Source: Thermodesulfobacteriota bacterium (GTDB lineage: Bacteria > Desulfobacterota_D > UBA1144). Taken from it: a DNA stretch of 64,000 bases. The notes beneath the pieces were generated by a model. It saw only the letters and a program-made list of their open reading frames with translations. It was not told the DNA's origin and did no database searches. The stretch spans positions 32,001 through 96,000 of the forward strand of contig JAQWMJ010000040.1 in the NCBI GenBank assembly GCA_029246845.1. The letters are read 5' to 3'. How positions within the stretch are numbered: position 1 is the stretch's first letter; each line of letters starts with the position of its first letter. Below are positions 41,397 to 51,594 of the stretch, piece after piece. The position numbers were made by a program, and so were the translations under genes.

Positions 41397-42929
41397 TTGA
41401 AAAATTTTCTTTTAATAATCTTTTTAATTTTATCATCTATAAATGATTCTCACCCATCTCCCATAAGAATTAATATTGGTAGTGAGCCTGGAACCTTAGA
41501 TTGGAATCTAGCAACGGATAGTTCTTCTTTTCAAATAATTAACAACATAATGGCTGGCCTAACAAGTTTCAATAGTGAGCTTAAGCTAGTACCAAATCTA
41601 GCAGAATCGTGGATTATTAACAAAAAAGATAAGACTATAACAATTAAAATAAAAGAAAATATTAAATGGTCTGACGGTACAGAATTAATATCAAAACACT
41701 TCATAGACTCGTGGGAAAGACTATTGAATCCCAATACAGCTGCTGACTATGCATACTTTCTTTATGATATTAAGAACGCTAAAGAATATAATCTTGGAAT
41801 AATAAAGGAATTTAAATTAGTAGGGGTAAAGTCGCTTGATAATAAAACAATTTTAATTAATTTAAATGAAAATAAGTCCTATTTTATGAGCCTTTTAAGT
41901 TTTATGTCTACATTTCCAATAAGAATTGAGCAGGTCCAAGCTCACAATGAAAAATGGATTCAACCAGAAAATATATTAACTTTAGGGAAATATGGTCTTA
42001 GCAAATGGGAAAGTCATGAATATATTCTGTTGGAGCCAAGAAACAATGAACTTAAATCAGTCTTGCTTTTAATGAACGATAATCCATCGTCTTCACTTGC
42101 AATGTTTGAGAATGGCAAGCTTGACGTTATAGACGGAGGCGGAATCCCCCTACTTGAAATTCCATATCTTAAATCAAAGAAACTATTAAATTTTGAATCA
42201 CAATTCAGAAATAATTATATTGGTTTTAATGTTAAGAAATTTCCATTCAACAATAAGGAGGTGCGTAAGGCTTTTTCTCTGGCAATAGACAAATCTATAT
42301 TTGAAAAAGTTTTATATAACACCGTAATTAAAACTGAATCATGGATTCCACCTGGCCTAATTGGTAGCATCCACAGCAATAAACCAAGATACAACAAAGA
42401 AATAGCAAATGAACTATTAAATCAAAATGGTTTTGAAGATAGAGGTAAGTTCCCAAAAGTTATGTTTCTATTCCCTGAAAGTGGCAACAACAGAATTATT
42501 GCTGAAATACTCCAAACAATGTGGATGGAGAACCTAGGAGTTCAGGTTGAAATTCGCGGACTTGAATGGAAAATTTATCTGATTACGCTAGATATTGATA
42601 GACCTCATATGTTTCGTGCTGGATGGGCAGCTGACTATCCAGATCCACATAACTTTATGAATATTTTTTCGTGTAATGGTGGGAACAATGAAACGGGATG
42701 GTGTAACAGTAACTATGATGAAAAAATTAATAAAGCTTCTTATGAAACATCAGAAGAAAAAAGAAGAGAAATGTATATTAATGCTCAAGAAGAACTTATA
42801 TATAATCAAAACACTATTATTCCATTATTTATTTCTAATCAAATCTATCTAAAAAATAAAAGGATAAAAAAAGTTAGCTTCTCTAAAATGGGAATTATTG
42901 ACTTTAGCAAAGTTGAAACCAATCCCTAA
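41397..42929 (+). CDS. oppA: Peptide ABC transporter substrate-binding protein (OppA family)
   Basis: SEPGTLD, LAESW, KWSDG, RAGWAADYPDP. Confidence 0.88.
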   Translation: MKNFLLIIFLILSSINDSHPSPIRINIGSEPGTLDWNLATDSSSFQIINNIMAGLTSFNSELKLVPNLAESWIINKKDKTITIKIKENIKWSDGTELISKHFIDSWERLLNPNTAADYAYFLYDIKNAKEYNLGIIKEFKLVGVKSLDNKTILINLNENKSYFMSLLSFMSTFPIRIEQVQAHNEKWIQPENILTLGKYGLSKWESHEYILLEPRNNELKSVLLLMNDNPSSSLAMFENGKLDVIDGGGIPLLEIPYLKSKKLLNFESQFRNNYIGFNVKKFPFNNKEVRKAFSLAIDKSIFEKVLYNTVIKTESWIPPGLIGSIHSNKPRYNKEIANELLNQNGFEDRGKFPKVMFLFPESGNNRIIAEILQTMWMENLGVQVEIRGLEWKIYLITLDIDRPHMFRAGWAADYPDPHNFMNIFSCNGGNNETGWCNSNYDEKINKASYETSEEKRREMYINAQEELIYNQNTIIPLFISNQIYLKNKRIKKVSFSKMGIIDFSKVETNP

Positions 42930-43978
42930 GAATTAAAATAAGGGATTATATCTTCAGCATATGTTTTCAAAGCAAGTTCTGGATCCGGGCTAAAATAATG
43001 AAAAAGGACAAAATGTTTAACGCCTTTTTCTATATACTTCTCTATCTTTTCGATACAAGCTTTTTTTGAACCTGTAATAGTGAAATCTATTACTGCTTCT
43101 CTTGGAAAAAATTTACCCATATCTCTAAATTTTTGTTTTTTTTCTTCATCTGTCGGAGTTATATTGAAGTAATTTAAGCCTTTATATTCATCAGGAATAT
43201 CAATATCATAACCTGCCTTTTTTAATTGATCTTGCATAATACAAACATACCTAAAAGGCTCGAGTGTTTTATAGGCCTCGTCTTCATTTTCTCCTAATGA
43301 AGTGAAAATCCATAAAGTTGAATCTATATCATCCAAAGTTCTCCCTGCTTTAGAAGCTGATACCTCAATTTTATCTAATGATTTTCTATATAAATCTGGC
43401 GTTAAATCTAAAGGCATCCAGCCGTCACCTGCTCTTCCTATTAAATCTAGTCCCTTATCTGTATGGGTTGCGTAATAAAAGGGAATACTTTTTCTATCGT
43501 TATATAGATTTAACAATAAGGATGCCTTTTCTAAATTAAAAAACTCTCCTTTATAGTTAACTGTTTCTTTTGTAGACCATAAGAGCTTCATTACATCAAC
43601 TGACTCTACCATTCGCCGAAAAGGTTTATCCCATGGAATACCATATGCATCAGTATTCATAGACTCTCCTACCCCTAGCCCTAAAGCGACTCTACCTTTT
43701 GATAAATGGTCTACCGTTGCTAGTCTTTGAGCAAAAACTGCGGGATGATTTCTATGTGGATCAGATGTTGCACCTATCGTGATGTTCTCTGTCAACTGTG
43801 CTATGGATGCAGCAATTGTCCAAGCTTCATAGGCTGGGCTGGGTGCAATAAAAGCAAGATGGTCGGGGAACCAAAGACTATCAAATCCGAGCTTATCGGC
43901 CTTAATACAAAAATCAATAAGTCCTTTAGAATCGGCACCTGGCATTGGGGGAACTAGTCCAAATTTGATTTTATTCAT
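42926..43978 (-). CDS. LLM-class flavin-dependent oxidoreductase, probably F420-type
   Basis: GFDSLWFPDH, HPAVFAQRLATVDHLSKGRVALGLGVGE, GDGW. Confidence 0.85.
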   Translation of the reverse strand: MNKIKFGLVPPMPGADSKGLIDFCIKADKLGFDSLWFPDHLAFIAPSPAYEAWTIAASIAQLTENITIGATSDPHRNHPAVFAQRLATVDHLSKGRVALGLGVGESMNTDAYGIPWDKPFRRMVESVDVMKLLWSTKETVNYKGEFFNLEKASLLLNLYNDRKSIPFYYATHTDKGLDLIGRAGDGWMPLDLTPDLYRKSLDKIEVSASKAGRTLDDIDSTLWIFTSLGENEDEAYKTLEPFRYVCIMQDQLKKAGYDIDIPDEYKGLNYFNITPTDEEKKQKFRDMGKFFPREAVIDFTITGSKKACIEKIEKYIEKGVKHFVLFHYFSPDPELALKTYAEDIIPYFNS

Positions 43979-43987
43979 TTAATATAC

Positions 43988-45115
43988 CTACTCTAAAAAG
44001 CTTTTTAGCACTTCTCCAACATCGGACTTCGCCAACTTTTCTAAAGCCTTCTTCTCTATTTGTCTAATTCTTTCTCTGGTTAAATCGAACTTCTTACCTA
44101 TTTCATCTAACGTATAAGTGCTTTCCATATCAATTCCAAATCTCATTTTAATAATTTCTTCCTCTCTGGGAGTTAGGGCTTTAAGTGCACCTTTAATTCT
44201 TTCTGTTAAAGAACTCTCAGCAACAATCTTATCGGGGACAGGAGAGCCTTCGTCAGGAATGAAATCAAGCAGTGTAGCCTTTTCTCCATCGAAGACAGGT
44301 GTATCTAGTTGTATAACTTCATTAGTTGACTCAAGTATTCTCTTTACACCATCAATGGATATTCCCACTTTGTCAGCTATTTCAGATGGGGTAGGTTTCC
44401 TTCCTAAGTCTTTTTGTAAAGCCGTACTAGCCTTAAAGACTTTACTAGCTTGTTCTAAAACATAAACGGGAACTCTAATTGTTCTAGTTTGATCCAGCAG
44501 AGCTCTGGAAATTGCTTGATGTATCCACCATGAAGCATAAGTTGAAAACTTAAAGCCTTTAGTATGGTCGAATCTTTCAACAGCTCTCATCAATCCAACG
44601 TTACCTTCTTGAATTAAATCTTGAAGAGCTAAGCCTCTACCTATATACCTTTTTGCAATACTAACGACAAGCCTTAGATTAGCTTTTACAAATCTCTCTT
44701 TTAAAGCATTTGCCAAATTCGTATAAGCCCTAATGTAACCTTCGACCTCAGCAACTCTTCTTCTTTGACCGCCCTTTAAAGACAATAGCTTCTTTTTCTG
44801 TGTAGCTGTTATTTTTGAAGAATGTACTTGCTCCAAAAGTTCAGTATAATTCAAAGCATGAAGCTCGGACTTTTTTATCTTAGCTGAAACTTCAACTTCC
44901 TGTTTTGATTTCAAGAGAGGCTCCAATGACATATCCTTGAAATAAACATAAAGCAATCTGTATTGCTCATCCGGAACCCAATCTTTTTTCTTTGCCTTAC
45001 CAGCTCCTTTTAAAGTGGTTTTTTGATATTCTTCTAGTAAAGCTTTATCGTCTAAATCATTATTGGTTGAATCGTCTTTTTCAGACTTATATGTATCGTG
45101 TTCATTTGAACTCAT
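43988..45115 (-). CDS. Sigma-70 family (RpoD/RpoS-like, group 2) sigma factor
   Basis: [38 protein letters not shown]...TRERIRQIE; no evident region 1.1. Confidence 0.92.
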   Translation of the reverse strand: MSSNEHDTYKSEKDDSTNNDLDDKALLEEYQKTTLKGAGKAKKKDWVPDEQYRLLYVYFKDMSLEPLLKSKQEVEVSAKIKKSELHALNYTELLEQVHSSKITATQKKKLLSLKGGQRRRVAEVEGYIRAYTNLANALKERFVKANLRLVVSIAKRYIGRGLALQDLIQEGNVGLMRAVERFDHTKGFKFSTYASWWIHQAISRALLDQTRTIRVPVYVLEQASKVFKASTALQKDLGRKPTPSEIADKVGISIDGVKRILESTNEVIQLDTPVFDGEKATLLDFIPDEGSPVPDKIVAESSLTERIKGALKALTPREEEIIKMRFGIDMESTYTLDEIGKKFDLTRERIRQIEKKALEKLAKSDVGEVLKSFLE

Positions 45116-45189
45116 ATTTTAAACCTTTTTTTTAAGTAAAATTAATCGACCTAATTATACAATTTTTAAATTCATAAGTATATATAAAA

Positions 45190-45260
45190 CTGGCCCGGAA
45201 GGGGTCGAACCTCCATTGCTTGTACCAAAAACAAGAGTCCTGCCATTAGACGACGGGCCA
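45190..45260 (-). tRNA. tRNA-Gln (anticodon UUG); CCA not encoded
   Basis: TGGCCCG/CGGGCCA acceptor stem, D-arm GTC-TAATGGCAG-GAC, anticodon arm CTTGT-TT TTG GT-ACAAG, GGTTCGA T-loop; usual position after ispE. Confidence 0.95.
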
Positions 45261-45293
45261 ATCCCTAAGAGGATACAGAAAAAATTTATAATT

Positions 45294-46178
45294 TCAATCG
45301 AACGTAAAGTGCCAGCCTTCGAATGCCTCAGCTTTCATAGTTGTGAAGCTACCATTTGATTCAATATATTTTAAAGACTCTGAACAGTCATACTCATCAT
45401 CTAATGCACAAAATATTGTTGAGCCACTCCCTGATATTGAATATGTGTTAAGACCGAGATCTTTTAGAAACTTAAATATATTAAGATATGTTTTATCTCT
45501 AGAGATCAATAAAGGGGTAAAATCATTTTGTAGTAAAAACTTTTCTTTGTTAATAGATACTTGATTATTTAGATGTGAACTAATTTCATTTTGAAAAGCA
45601 CTATCAATCAAACTATCCCTAGTGTCCCACATTTCATAGAGTGTTCTAGTATCAGAATAAAGACCTGGGAAGATAAGAAGGTAATTAAACTTTTTATCTA
45701 TGTTGTAAGGTTCTACAACTTCTCCACGGCCTGAAACTAAAGAGGTTCTAGAATATAAAAAAAATGGAACATCTGAACCAATTTTTAATGCTATCGATTC
45801 CAAGGCACTAAAATCATCAATAGAGAAAAGCTTTGAAAGACCAATTAAGGTTGATGCTGCATTGCTACTTCCACCTCCTAATCCTGCACCTGCAGGAATC
45901 CTCTTCTTCACTGAAATTTTCACATGAGTATTAATTTTGAAGTATTCAAAAAAATTAAGTGCTGCTTTTGTAATCAAATTTTCATTAAAGTTTACTATAC
46001 CATCCGGAAAACTTAGCTCAAAAGCATCATCACCCTCTGAAAGCTCTATTAATATATCATCATAAAGATTTATCGGTTGCATTAACGAACTGATGTTGTG
46101 AAAATTATCTTTTCTTTTATTTTTTATAATTAAATCCAGATTAATCTTAGCAGGTGATAGAATTTTAATTTTTTTCAT
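45294..46178 (-). CDS. ispE: 4-diphosphocytidyl-2-C-methyl-D-erythritol kinase
   Basis: PAKINL, KRIPAGAGLGGGSSNAA, IGSDVPFF, SGSGS. Confidence 0.95.
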   Translation of the reverse strand: MKKIKILSPAKINLDLIIKNKRKDNFHNISSLMQPINLYDDILIELSEGDDAFELSFPDGIVNFNENLITKAALNFFEYFKINTHVKISVKKRIPAGAGLGGGSSNAASTLIGLSKLFSIDDFSALESIALKIGSDVPFFLYSRTSLVSGRGEVVEPYNIDKKFNYLLIFPGLYSDTRTLYEMWDTRDSLIDSAFQNEISSHLNNQVSINKEKFLLQNDFTPLLISRDKTYLNIFKFLKDLGLNTYSISGSGSTIFCALDDEYDCSESLKYIESNGSFTTMKAEAFEGWHFTFD

Positions 46179-46269
46179 TATTATTAATTTTATACACCAT
46201 AAATGCTAATTAAAGAAAAATCTTAGTATCTTTTCTTGACATATTATATTTTTAGGTTTTGTTTAACTT

Positions 46270-47568
46270 GTGAACAAAAAAACAATAAATTCTAAATTAA
46301 TGTTTAAGAATGCCCTTGATGTGATACCAGGAGGTGTAAATAGCCCAGTTAGATCTTTTAATGCAGTCGACTCATCTCCTATATATATCAAACGAGCTAA
46401 GGGGGCTTATTTATATGATGAAGATAAAAACAAATATATAGACTACATAAACTCCTTTGGCCCATTAATATTCGGACATTCAAAAAAGGAAATAGCCGAT
46501 GCTGCAATAAAGGCAATTGATAAAGGCACTACTTTTGGAGCATGTCATAAGAATGAAATTAGATTAGCCGAACTAATAAAAGAAAAAATACCTTCAATGG
46601 AAATGACCAGATTAACTAGTTCGGGTACAGAAGCAACTATGAGTGCAATTAGACTTGCTAGAGCCTTCACAAATAAGGATAAGATAATAAAGTTTGAAGG
46701 TTGTTATCATGGACATGTCGATCACTTGCTTGTAAAAGCAGGCTCAGGTCTTACCACTTTTGGATCTCCATCGTCACCGGGCGTACCTAAAGATTTCACT
46801 AAGCATACCTTGATTACAGAATTTAATAATTTAGATCAAGTAGAAAAACTTTTTAGAAGAAATAAGAATAAAGTTGCTGCAGTCATTTTGGAACCAGTAC
46901 CAGCAAATATGGGTGTAGTCTTACCAGAAAGAGGGTTTCTTCAGAAAATAATTGAGCTAGCACATAGCAATAATTCATTAGTGATATTTGACGAAGTAAT
47001 TTCAGGACTTAGACTATCGATTGGTGGCGCTCAAGGATACTATAACCTCAAACCAGATATTACTTGTCTAGGAAAAATAATTGGAGGTGGCTTCCCAATT
47101 GGCGCCTTTGGTGGGAAAAAACAAATAATGTCTATCTTATCTCCATCCGGTCCAGTTTATCAGGCTGGAACACTGTCCGGTAATCCAGTAGCTGTTGCCG
47201 CAGGGATTAAAACTATTGAATTATTAGAAAAAAATCATGCTGCTTTATATCTGAAGTTAGAAAAAAAAGCCTTAAATATAAAGACGGAAATAGATAAATT
47301 AAATCTTAAATCAATTGCAATTAATCAGATAGGTTCACTACTAACTTTCTTTATTACTAAAAATAAATCTGTTAAGAACTATAGAGATGTTTTAAAATGT
47401 GATACAAAAATGTATGGCGCCTTATTCAAAAAACTATTATTGTCTGGAATCATGGTTCCGCCATCACAATTTGAAGCAATGTTTATTTCTGACTCCCACT
47501 CCAAAAATGATATAATTCATACTATAAAATCATTTAAAAAAGGAATAAAATCCTTAGGGTTAGAATAA
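46270..47568 (+). CDS. hemL: Glutamate-1-semialdehyde 2,1-aminomutase
   Basis: PGGVNSPVR, SGTEATM, GCYHGH, GKIIGGG, QAGTLSGNP, PSQFE. Confidence 0.97.
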   Translation: MNKKTINSKLMFKNALDVIPGGVNSPVRSFNAVDSSPIYIKRAKGAYLYDEDKNKYIDYINSFGPLIFGHSKKEIADAAIKAIDKGTTFGACHKNEIRLAELIKEKIPSMEMTRLTSSGTEATMSAIRLARAFTNKDKIIKFEGCYHGHVDHLLVKAGSGLTTFGSPSSPGVPKDFTKHTLITEFNNLDQVEKLFRRNKNKVAAVILEPVPANMGVVLPERGFLQKIIELAHSNNSLVIFDEVISGLRLSIGGAQGYYNLKPDITCLGKIIGGGFPIGAFGGKKQIMSILSPSGPVYQAGTLSGNPVAVAAGIKTIELLEKNHAALYLKLEKKALNIKTEIDKLNLKSIAINQIGSLLTFFITKNKSVKNYRDVLKCDTKMYGALFKKLLLSGIMVPPSQFEAMFISDSHSKNDIIHTIKSFKKGIKSLGLE

Positions 47569-47570
47569 AA

Positions 47571-47789
47571 TTGGGAAAAAATACTTTATGGATTAAGTTC
47601 ATAGTAATTGGCTCGGAATTAGCGATACTAATTTTAGCTGGGCTATTTATAGGCAATAAACTTGATATACATTTTAACTCACTGCCTATATTTACAATAT
47701 TAGGAGTAATTGTAGGTTCTATTGGTGGATTTACTCTAATGTTCAAACTGCTTAAGAGGTTAAATACAGAAAATGATAAAAAAGAATAA
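47571..47789 (+). CDS. AtpZ/AtpQ-type ATP synthase accessory protein
   Basis: Two TM helices with the G..LD.....P...I.G pattern; first gene of the F0 cluster. Confidence 0.8.
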   Translation: MGKNTLWIKFIVIGSELAILILAGLFIGNKLDIHFNSLPIFTILGVIVGSIGGFTLMFKLLKRLNTENDKKE

Positions 47790-48111
47790 CTTATTCAACC
47801 TTATTTCGATAAATTTAACAATTGTTACTTATTTAATCTTTTTATATTCTAAAGAAATGTTTATTCAAGGAGTTTTATTTGGGATGGGATTAAGCTATTT
47901 AAATATCAAAAGTACCGAAATAATAGCAAAATTACTCACGAATACTCAAAAGACTAAGACTTTTATGTTTATATTGACGATTTTAAAGATAGTTTTACTA
48001 GCTGGAATAGCAATTTTTCTGTTAAGAAACTTATCAATAGATTTAATTGGATTTTTAACTGGTTTTAGTGTAATTTTATTTGTGTTTATTCTACTAAATC
48101 AAGGAAAATAA
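47773..48111 (+). CDS. atpI: ATP synthase protein I
   Basis: Four-TM hydrophobic protein directly before atpB. Confidence 0.7.
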   Translation: MIKKNNLFNLISINLTIVTYLIFLYSKEMFIQGVLFGMGLSYLNIKSTEIIAKLLTNTQKTKTFMFILTILKIVLLAGIAIFLLRNLSIDLIGFLTGFSVILFVFILLNQGK

Positions 48112-48114
48112 TAT

Positions 48115-48816
48115 ATGAGTGCAGCTTTAGAACATGCTCAATGGACTGAACTTTTAGGTGTAAGTAACTATGACCATATTGTTGGATCTGGCATTGTAGT
48201 TGTAATATTAATCGCTGTATCATTAAAAATTAAAAAACATTGCTCAAATAATAATGCATTAATTCCTTCGGAAAAATTTAACCTTACAAACTTCTTTGAA
48301 TTTCTCACATTAGATTTCTTGCTCGATTTACTTACGAATATATTTGGTAGCGAGGATAAAGCAAGAAAGTTTCTTCCATTATTAGGTGGCTCTTTCTTGT
48401 TTATATTTATATCGAATTTATTAGGAATCTTTCCTGGTTTTTATCCTGCATCTCAAAACCTCAACTCTACTTTAGCATGCTCCTTAGTTATATTTGTAGC
48501 TTATAATTATTTAGGATTTAAAGAGCACGGAGTCGGTTATCTTAAGCAATTTATGGGTCCAGTCATATACTTGGCACCTCTAATGATTTTTATTGAAGTT
48601 GTAAGTCATCTTGTAAGACCAGCATCTCTTTCTTTGAGGCTCTTTTGGAATATGTTTGGTGACCATTTGGTATTACAAATTTTCTCTAACTTAACGCCAT
48701 ACATCGTGCCTGCAATTTTTATAGGACTTGGAGTATTTGTTTCTTTTCTTCAAGCTTTTATTTTTACTATTTTATCAAGTATATATATATCACTTTCAAC
48801 AAGTCATGATCATTAA
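48115..48816 (+). CDS. atpB: F0F1 ATP synthase subunit a
   Basis: [31 protein letters not shown]. Confidence 0.95.
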   Translation: MSAALEHAQWTELLGVSNYDHIVGSGIVVVILIAVSLKIKKHCSNNNALIPSEKFNLTNFFEFLTLDFLLDLLTNIFGSEDKARKFLPLLGGSFLFIFISNLLGIFPGFYPASQNLNSTLACSLVIFVAYNYLGFKEHGVGYLKQFMGPVIYLAPLMIFIEVVSHLVRPASLSLRLFWNMFGDHLVLQIFSNLTPYIVPAIFIGLGVFVSFLQAFIFTILSSIYISLSTSHDH

Positions 48817-48833
48817 ATACAAGGAGGAAAACA

Positions 48834-49148
48834 ATGAAGAAATTTACAATTTTTGCATTTAGCATGTTGGCTGTACTTTTTCTTTTTACACCAGAAGTTT
48901 ATGCTGCATCATCAGATGGTGAAGCAATTTCTGGACTTGCACTTGGAGCTGGGCTAGGTATTGGCCTTGCTGCTGCAGGTGGGGCTATTGGCCAAGGAAA
49001 AACTATGGATGCTGCTTTAAATGCCATAGGTAGAAATCCTGGAGCTGCTGGTCAGATTCAAACACCAATGATTATTGGTTTAGCTTTGATTGAATCATTA
49101 GTTATTTATGCTCTTGCTATAACATTCTTATTGCAAAGTAAAATATAA
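48834..49148 (+). CDS. atpE: F0F1 ATP synthase subunit c with signal-like N-terminal extension
   Basis: [15 protein letters not shown] loop, [17 protein letters not shown]. Confidence 0.95.
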   Translation: MKKFTIFAFSMLAVLFLFTPEVYAASSDGEAISGLALGAGLGIGLAAAGGAIGQGKTMDAALNAIGRNPGAAGQIQTPMIIGLALIESLVIYALAITFLLQSKI

Positions 49149-49162
49149 ATAAGTTTATAGAC

Positions 49163-49198
49163 TTAAAAGAAGGTAGGATAGAACTTACCTTCTTTTAA
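49163..49198. terminator. Bidirectional intrinsic terminator between atpE and the convergent oxidoreductase
   Basis: Perfect 13-bp inverted repeat TTAAAAGAAGGTA / TACCTTCTTTTAA with T-tracts on both strands. Confidence 0.7.
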
Positions 49199-50180
49199 AA
49201 GAGTCTGTATAGAGACAAAGTTTTCCAACGGATCTCCTATCTTTTATTCCTTTCATCGCTTTTAAGAAATCTGAGATATGAAACATTGTTGGTTTAGAAA
49301 GTTTTATTAACCCTTGGTTAAACAAACTGCTAACTTCATTTAAACATTCAAGATTAAAATTTTTATTTCCACGAGCAAAGGGGCCCCAAAAAATTCCAAT
49401 TATGTCACATCCTTTTAGTAATATTTTATTTGTTGGAATAGAAGCGATATCGCCAGAAGCAAAGCCCATTATCAAAAGTTTTCCTTCCCAATCAATAAAA
49501 CTTAAAGAATCATTAGTATAAGAGCCACCAATCGTATCATAGATAATATCAAATTTTATACCTTTCAGTTTTGTTAAAGACTCTTTTAGATTGTCTTTTT
49601 TTGTTAATATCAATTGGTCTGCTCCACAGTCTTTACAAGCAGATAATTTATCCTCAGAGGAAGCCATTGCAGTAACATGACAACCAATGGCTTTTGATAT
49701 TTCGATTGCAGACAAACCTATGCCACCCGAAGCGCCTAATATTAAAACCTTATCATTTTGCTTAATTTTTGCTCTTTCAACTAGTGCATAATATGAGGTC
49801 CCGTAGTTAATTGTCATACAAGCGGCAGTATTAAACGACATTCCTTTTGATTTTTTAATTACAAAATTTTCTTTAGCTTTTACTTTTTCTGAAAAGCCTC
49901 CCCATTTTACTAATGCAATTACTTCATCCCCAATTTGAAACTCCTTCACAGCACTTCCAACACTTTCTACAACACCAGAAACTTCTAATCCTGGCGTAAA
50001 GGGCAGAGGTGGAGTATCTTGATATTTACCTTCAGCTGCAAGAATATCAGCGAAACTTATTCCACAACAATAGACATTTATAAGTAATTCGTCATCTTGG
50101 ACATCATCAATATCACTAATAGAAAATTTCAGATTCTCTAGGGAACCAAAATCTTGCTGGTTAACTGATTTTATTTTCAT
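49185..50180 (-). CDS. NADPH:quinone oxidoreductase family (MDR) protein
   Basis: GKYQ..PPLPFTPGLEVSG, GASGGIG, GFASG, GKL. Confidence 0.9.
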   Translation of the reverse strand: MKIKSVNQQDFGSLENLKFSISDIDDVQDDELLINVYCCGISFADILAAEGKYQDTPPLPFTPGLEVSGVVESVGSAVKEFQIGDEVIALVKWGGFSEKVKAKENFVIKKSKGMSFNTAACMTINYGTSYYALVERAKIKQNDKVLILGASGGIGLSAIEISKAIGCHVTAMASSEDKLSACKDCGADQLILTKKDNLKESLTKLKGIKFDIIYDTIGGSYTNDSLSFIDWEGKLLIMGFASGDIASIPTNKILLKGCDIIGIFWGPFARGNKNFNLECLNEVSSLFNQGLIKLSKPTMFHISDFLKAMKGIKDRRSVGKLCLYTDSFKRR

Positions 50181-51529
50181 AGATCTGCAATTAGCTTTTT
50201 AACTAGGCTAATTCCTCCTTCATGATTGAGAATATTACCTTCCAATTGCTCATCAAACACTTTAGATAAGATTACTTTAAAATCCGGACCAGGACTGAGC
50301 CCCAAATCAATCAAATCATCTCCGGTAATTATAGGTTTCGGCTTTATTGGCTCATTGCTTAATTCTTCAATTTTATTATTAGTAAAATTCAAAAGACTTA
50401 GGTCCCCATGGCTCGCTAAACAATCAGCCTTATGTAGCCTTAAGTGTAAGTCAAAGTTATCTATTGAAATAAATCTTTTAAAGGTGCTCTTCTTCATATC
50501 TTTAATATTTCCAAATTTCATATGTTCGCTAACAAGGGCTTTTATCTCGCTAACTTGCTTGTTGGAAAATTTTAATCTTTTACAAATCTTCTCTGCCATT
50601 AAAGCACCAACATACTCATGACGGTTGAACCTAACTCTATCAGTTTTAGAGTATGTTTTAGGTTTGCCAATATCATGTAAAAGTGCCCCTAATGCTAGTA
50701 CAATCTCAAGAACATTATCTTGCTCAAGCTTTTCTAAAACTAAACATGTATGAATAAAAACATCTCCCTCAGGGTGAAATTCAGGGGGTTGATCGACACC
50801 CCTAAGTAATTCAATCTCGGGTATTATATGTTCCATTAGTCCATATTTACTTAATAATCTAATGCCCTTGCCAGGATTTTTATTTGTAATAATTTTTACA
50901 AACTCCTCTCTGACTCTTTCTACGCTGACATTGACAATCCTATCTGACATATTAATTATTTCTTGTTCTGTCTTCACTTCTATCTTTAAATTGTATTTAT
51001 TAGAAAATCTTACAGCTCTAAGAATTCGCAAATTATCTTCCTCAAACCTTTTTTTAGGATCAACAATTGTTCTAAGTAACTTGTTTTCTATATCATTAAG
51101 ACCGTCACAGAAATCTGTCACTTCAAAATTCATAGGATTGAGCAGTAAACCATTAATGGTAAAATCTCTTCTTTGAACATCAACCTGAGCACTTTTGGTA
51201 TATTTCACATCAACTGGGTGTCTTCCATCTTGATACTCCATATCCTCCCTGAAAGTGGCAACCTCATAGAACAGTTCATCGACTATAACAAGCATTACAC
51301 CAAAAGACTGGCCAACAGGCTTTGTTCTCTTAAAAATTTTCTTTATCTGATCTGGTGTTGCACATGTCGAAATATCGAACTCATTTGGCTCTATTTCCAT
51401 GCATAAATCTCTTACAGCTCCGCCCACAATGAAGGCTTTATGTCCATTAAGAATAAGCTCATTAATAATAAATTTTGCTCCGTCAAATTTTAAATTATTA
51501 CTGATTAATTTCTTGCTAAGTTTCATCAC
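50177..51529 (-). CDS. cca: CCA tRNA nucleotidyltransferase with HD domain
   Basis: VGGAVRD, RRDFTIN, EDNLRILRAVRF, HPEGDVFIHT, LHDIGKP; no poly(A)-polymerase GRRF signature. Confidence 0.88.
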   Translation of the reverse strand: MMKLSKKLISNNLKFDGAKFIINELILNGHKAFIVGGAVRDLCMEIEPNEFDISTCATPDQIKKIFKRTKPVGQSFGVMLVIVDELFYEVATFREDMEYQDGRHPVDVKYTKSAQVDVQRRDFTINGLLLNPMNFEVTDFCDGLNDIENKLLRTIVDPKKRFEEDNLRILRAVRFSNKYNLKIEVKTEQEIINMSDRIVNVSVERVREEFVKIITNKNPGKGIRLLSKYGLMEHIIPEIELLRGVDQPPEFHPEGDVFIHTCLVLEKLEQDNVLEIVLALGALLHDIGKPKTYSKTDRVRFNRHEYVGALMAEKICKRLKFSNKQVSEIKALVSEHMKFGNIKDMKKSTFKRFISIDNFDLHLRLHKADCLASHGDLSLLNFTNNKIEELSNEPIKPKPIITGDDLIDLGLSPGPDFKVILSKVFDEQLEGNILNHEGGISLVKKLIADL

Positions 51530-51594
51530 GCTATATTGTATTAATTACTTCTAAAGTATACTATAGTCAAAATTTAGTTTAAATAAACCATAAA

